Translations under genes and position numbers: made by a program
The notes under the pieces: model-generated
What the model was told of the DNA's origin: nothing
Databases searched by the model: none
What the model saw: the letters and a program-made list of their open reading frames with translations, nothing else
Source: Squalus acanthias
Lineage: Eukaryota
Assembly (NCBI GenBank): GCA_030390025.1
Contig: CM059431.1
Coordinates: forward strand, 147,872,001-147,936,000
Length of the DNA stretch: 64,000 nucleotides
Reading direction: 5' to 3'
Shown here: positions 61,815 through 64,000 of the stretch, piece after piece
Numbering within the stretch: the first letter of the stretch is position 1
How the letters are laid out: every line of letters starts with the position of its first letter

Positions 61815-62390
61815 AGGTGTGGCACTGAGACCAACACACAGAGCAGGAAGGTCCCAAGTTCATCCACGGCCTGTGCTGAGTTACCTGATCTGACCAGGTG
61901 TGGCACTGAGCCCCACACACAGAGCAGGAAGGTCCCAAGTTCCATCACGGCCTGTGCTGAGTTTGCTGATCTGACCAGGTGTGGCACTGATGCCCACACA
62001 GAGCAGGAAGGTCCCAAGTACATCCACGGCCTGTGCTGAGTTACCTGATCTGACCAGGTGTGGCACTGAGTCCCACACACAGAGCAGGAAGGTCCCAAGT
62101 TCCATCCACGGCCTGTGCTGAGTTACCTGATCTGACCAGGTGTGACACTGAGCCCCACAAAGAGCAGGAAGGTCCCAAGTTCCGTCCACGGCCTCTGCTT
62201 AGTTACCTGATCTCACCAGGTGTGGCACTGAGCCCCACACACGTACAAAACAGGACGGGACTAGGTTCCATTTACGGGCTATGTTGACTAGTTTCTCTCA
62301 TCCAGGTGTGGCACTGAGCCCCACACACGTACAAAACAGGACGGGACTAGGTTCCATTTACGGGCTATGTTGACTAGTTTCTCTCATCCA
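61815..62390. repeat. About 80-bp tandem repeat (5 copies of one type plus 2 of a variant)
   Basis: AGGTGTGGCACTGAGCCCCACACACAGAGCAGGAAGGTCCCAAGTTCCATCCACGGCCTGTGCTGAGTTACCTGATCTGACC. Confidence 0.92.
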
Positions 62391-62934
62391 GTGTAGGGCC
62401 GATATCTGGCGAAATATCAGCATTTGATGTTAAATTAATTTAATTATAAATCCTCCAATTTGACCCCATTTTTAAAAATTCTCTCAACGTTTACATATGT
62501 CACACAGCAACCCCGATAGCAGTCACTTTCCTCAGGGATATTGCAACCACTCCCACCAGGATGCTCTAAACAACAACTCCAACGGGCGATACAACCTGTA
62601 CCGCCAGTGGAGCGCTACCGCCCAAATCAGTTTCCTCCACCGCAGTGCGCGTCCAACCAACGAAAATGATGCATCATCAGGCCTGGTTTTTGACCCCGTC
62701 GCTAACATGGAAATAGAACAGCAAGGATCTATATTTCAATTCCAGGGCTTCCACGTGATGACTCAGTGAAGCTGTCAGTCAATGCACCACAGCCATCACA
62801 GAAGGAAGGAGGCAAGTTGGGATAGAAATGAAGGGTGATCATAAACAGCAGGTAGTCAACGCTGATTTCCAAGCGGCATATTGATGCAGAAATTTGACTT
62901 GTGCGCATGTACGAAATTGGCGGTCGAAGTCGGG

Positions 62935-64000
62935 AAGAGTGGGAAATGGGAGATAGTGCTCGGGGGGTGTGGAGAATGGGAGATAGTGCTCGGGGGTGTG
63001 GAGAATAGGAGATAGTTCTCGGGCGGAGTGGTGAATGGGAGATAGTACTCGGGGGGAGTGGGGAATGGGAGATAGTGCTCGTATTCATGGAGAATGAGAG
63101 ATAGTGCTCGGGGGGTAGTGGAGAATGGGAACATTTGCTCGTGGGGAATGGAAAATGTGGGATAGTGTTCGGGAAGTGTGGAGAATGGGAAATAGTGCTC
63201 GGGGGGAGTGGAGAATGGGAGATAGTGCTCGTATTCATGGAGAATGGGGGATAGTGCTCGAGCGGAGAGGAGAATAGGAGATACTTCTCGGGCGGAGTGG
63301 TGAATGGGAGATAGTACTCGGGGGGAGTGGGGAATGGGAGATAGTTCTCGGCGGGAGTGGAGAATGGGAGATAGTGCTCGGGGGGTGTGGAGAATGGGAG
63401 ATAGTGCTCGGGGGGAGTGGAGAATGGGGGATAGAGCTAGGGGGGAGAATGGGAGATAGTGCTCGGGGGGAGTGGAGATTGGGGGATAGTGCTCGGGGGG
63501 AGTGGAGAATGGGAGCTAGCGCTCGGGGGTAGTGGAGAATGGGAGATAGTGCTCGGGGGGAGTGGATAATGGGAGATAGTGCTCTGGGGGAGTGGAGAAT
63601 GGGAGATAGTGCTGGGGGGTGTGGAGAATAGGAGATAGTTCTCGGGCGGAGTGGTGAATGGGAGATAGTACTCGGAAGAAGTGGGGAATGGGAGATAGTT
63701 CTCGGCGGGAGTGGAGAATGGGAGATAGTGCTCGGGGGGTGCGCAGAATGTGGGAGAGTGCTCAGGGGGAGTGTAGAATGGGAGATAGTGCTCGGGGTGA
63801 GTGGAGAATGAGAGATAGTGCTCGTATTCATGGAGAATGAGGGATAGTGCTCAGAGGGGGTGGAGAATGGGGGATTAAGCTCGGGGGGAATGGAGAATGG
63901 GGGATATTGCTCGGGGGGAGTGGAGAATGGGGGATAGTGCTCGGGGGTAGTGGAGAATGGGCGATAGTGCTCGGGGGGGGGGTGGTGAATGGGAGATATT
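62935..64000. repeat. 30-bp G-rich minisatellite, runs off the window
   Basis: Unit GGGAGATAGTGCTCGGGGGGAGTGGAGAAT. Yields the spurious STISHSPLPP repeat ORFs. Confidence 0.95.

Noticed and set aside
62729..63840. STISHSPLPP-repeat ORFs (mucin/extensin-like)
   Set aside because: By-product of a 30-bp minisatellite, with no splice or domain support.

Overview
Eukaryotic, repeat-dense vertebrate DNA, most likely a cartilaginous fish (shark). This is inferred from the HE1/V-SINE, the CR1 LINE types, and the GPR139-like and NACHT gene families known to be expanded in that group. From left to right: (1) five decayed tRNA genes (Val, Glu with the anticodon changed to CTA, Trp, Leu, Lys) at 0.7-6.5 kb; (2) a full-length PIF/Harbinger DNA transposon (7255-11519, TAT target-site duplication) with an intact DDE transposase and a convergent 3-exon Myb/SANT gene carrying one apparent frameshift; (3) two head-to-tail CR1 LINEs; (4) an ~11.5-kb 26-bp satellite with higher-order duplications, interrupted by a V-SINE and by a Penelope-type terminal repeat holding a minimal hammerhead ribozyme; (5) an intact 2-exon GPR139-like GPCR (322 aa); (6) a second, decayed Harbinger (about 34.4-45.1 kb) with CR1s and a MITE nested three levels deep; (7) a multi-exon NACHT/NLR gene with two lesions, whose introns hold a young CR1 split by a Harbinger MITE, further MITEs and TE-derived minisatellites. 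The most interesting candidate system is the Harbinger family: an autonomous-type element plus ~750-bp MITEs carrying promoter-like motifs followed by strong splice donors. All calls were made by eye without database searches, and the boundaries of decayed repeats are approximate.
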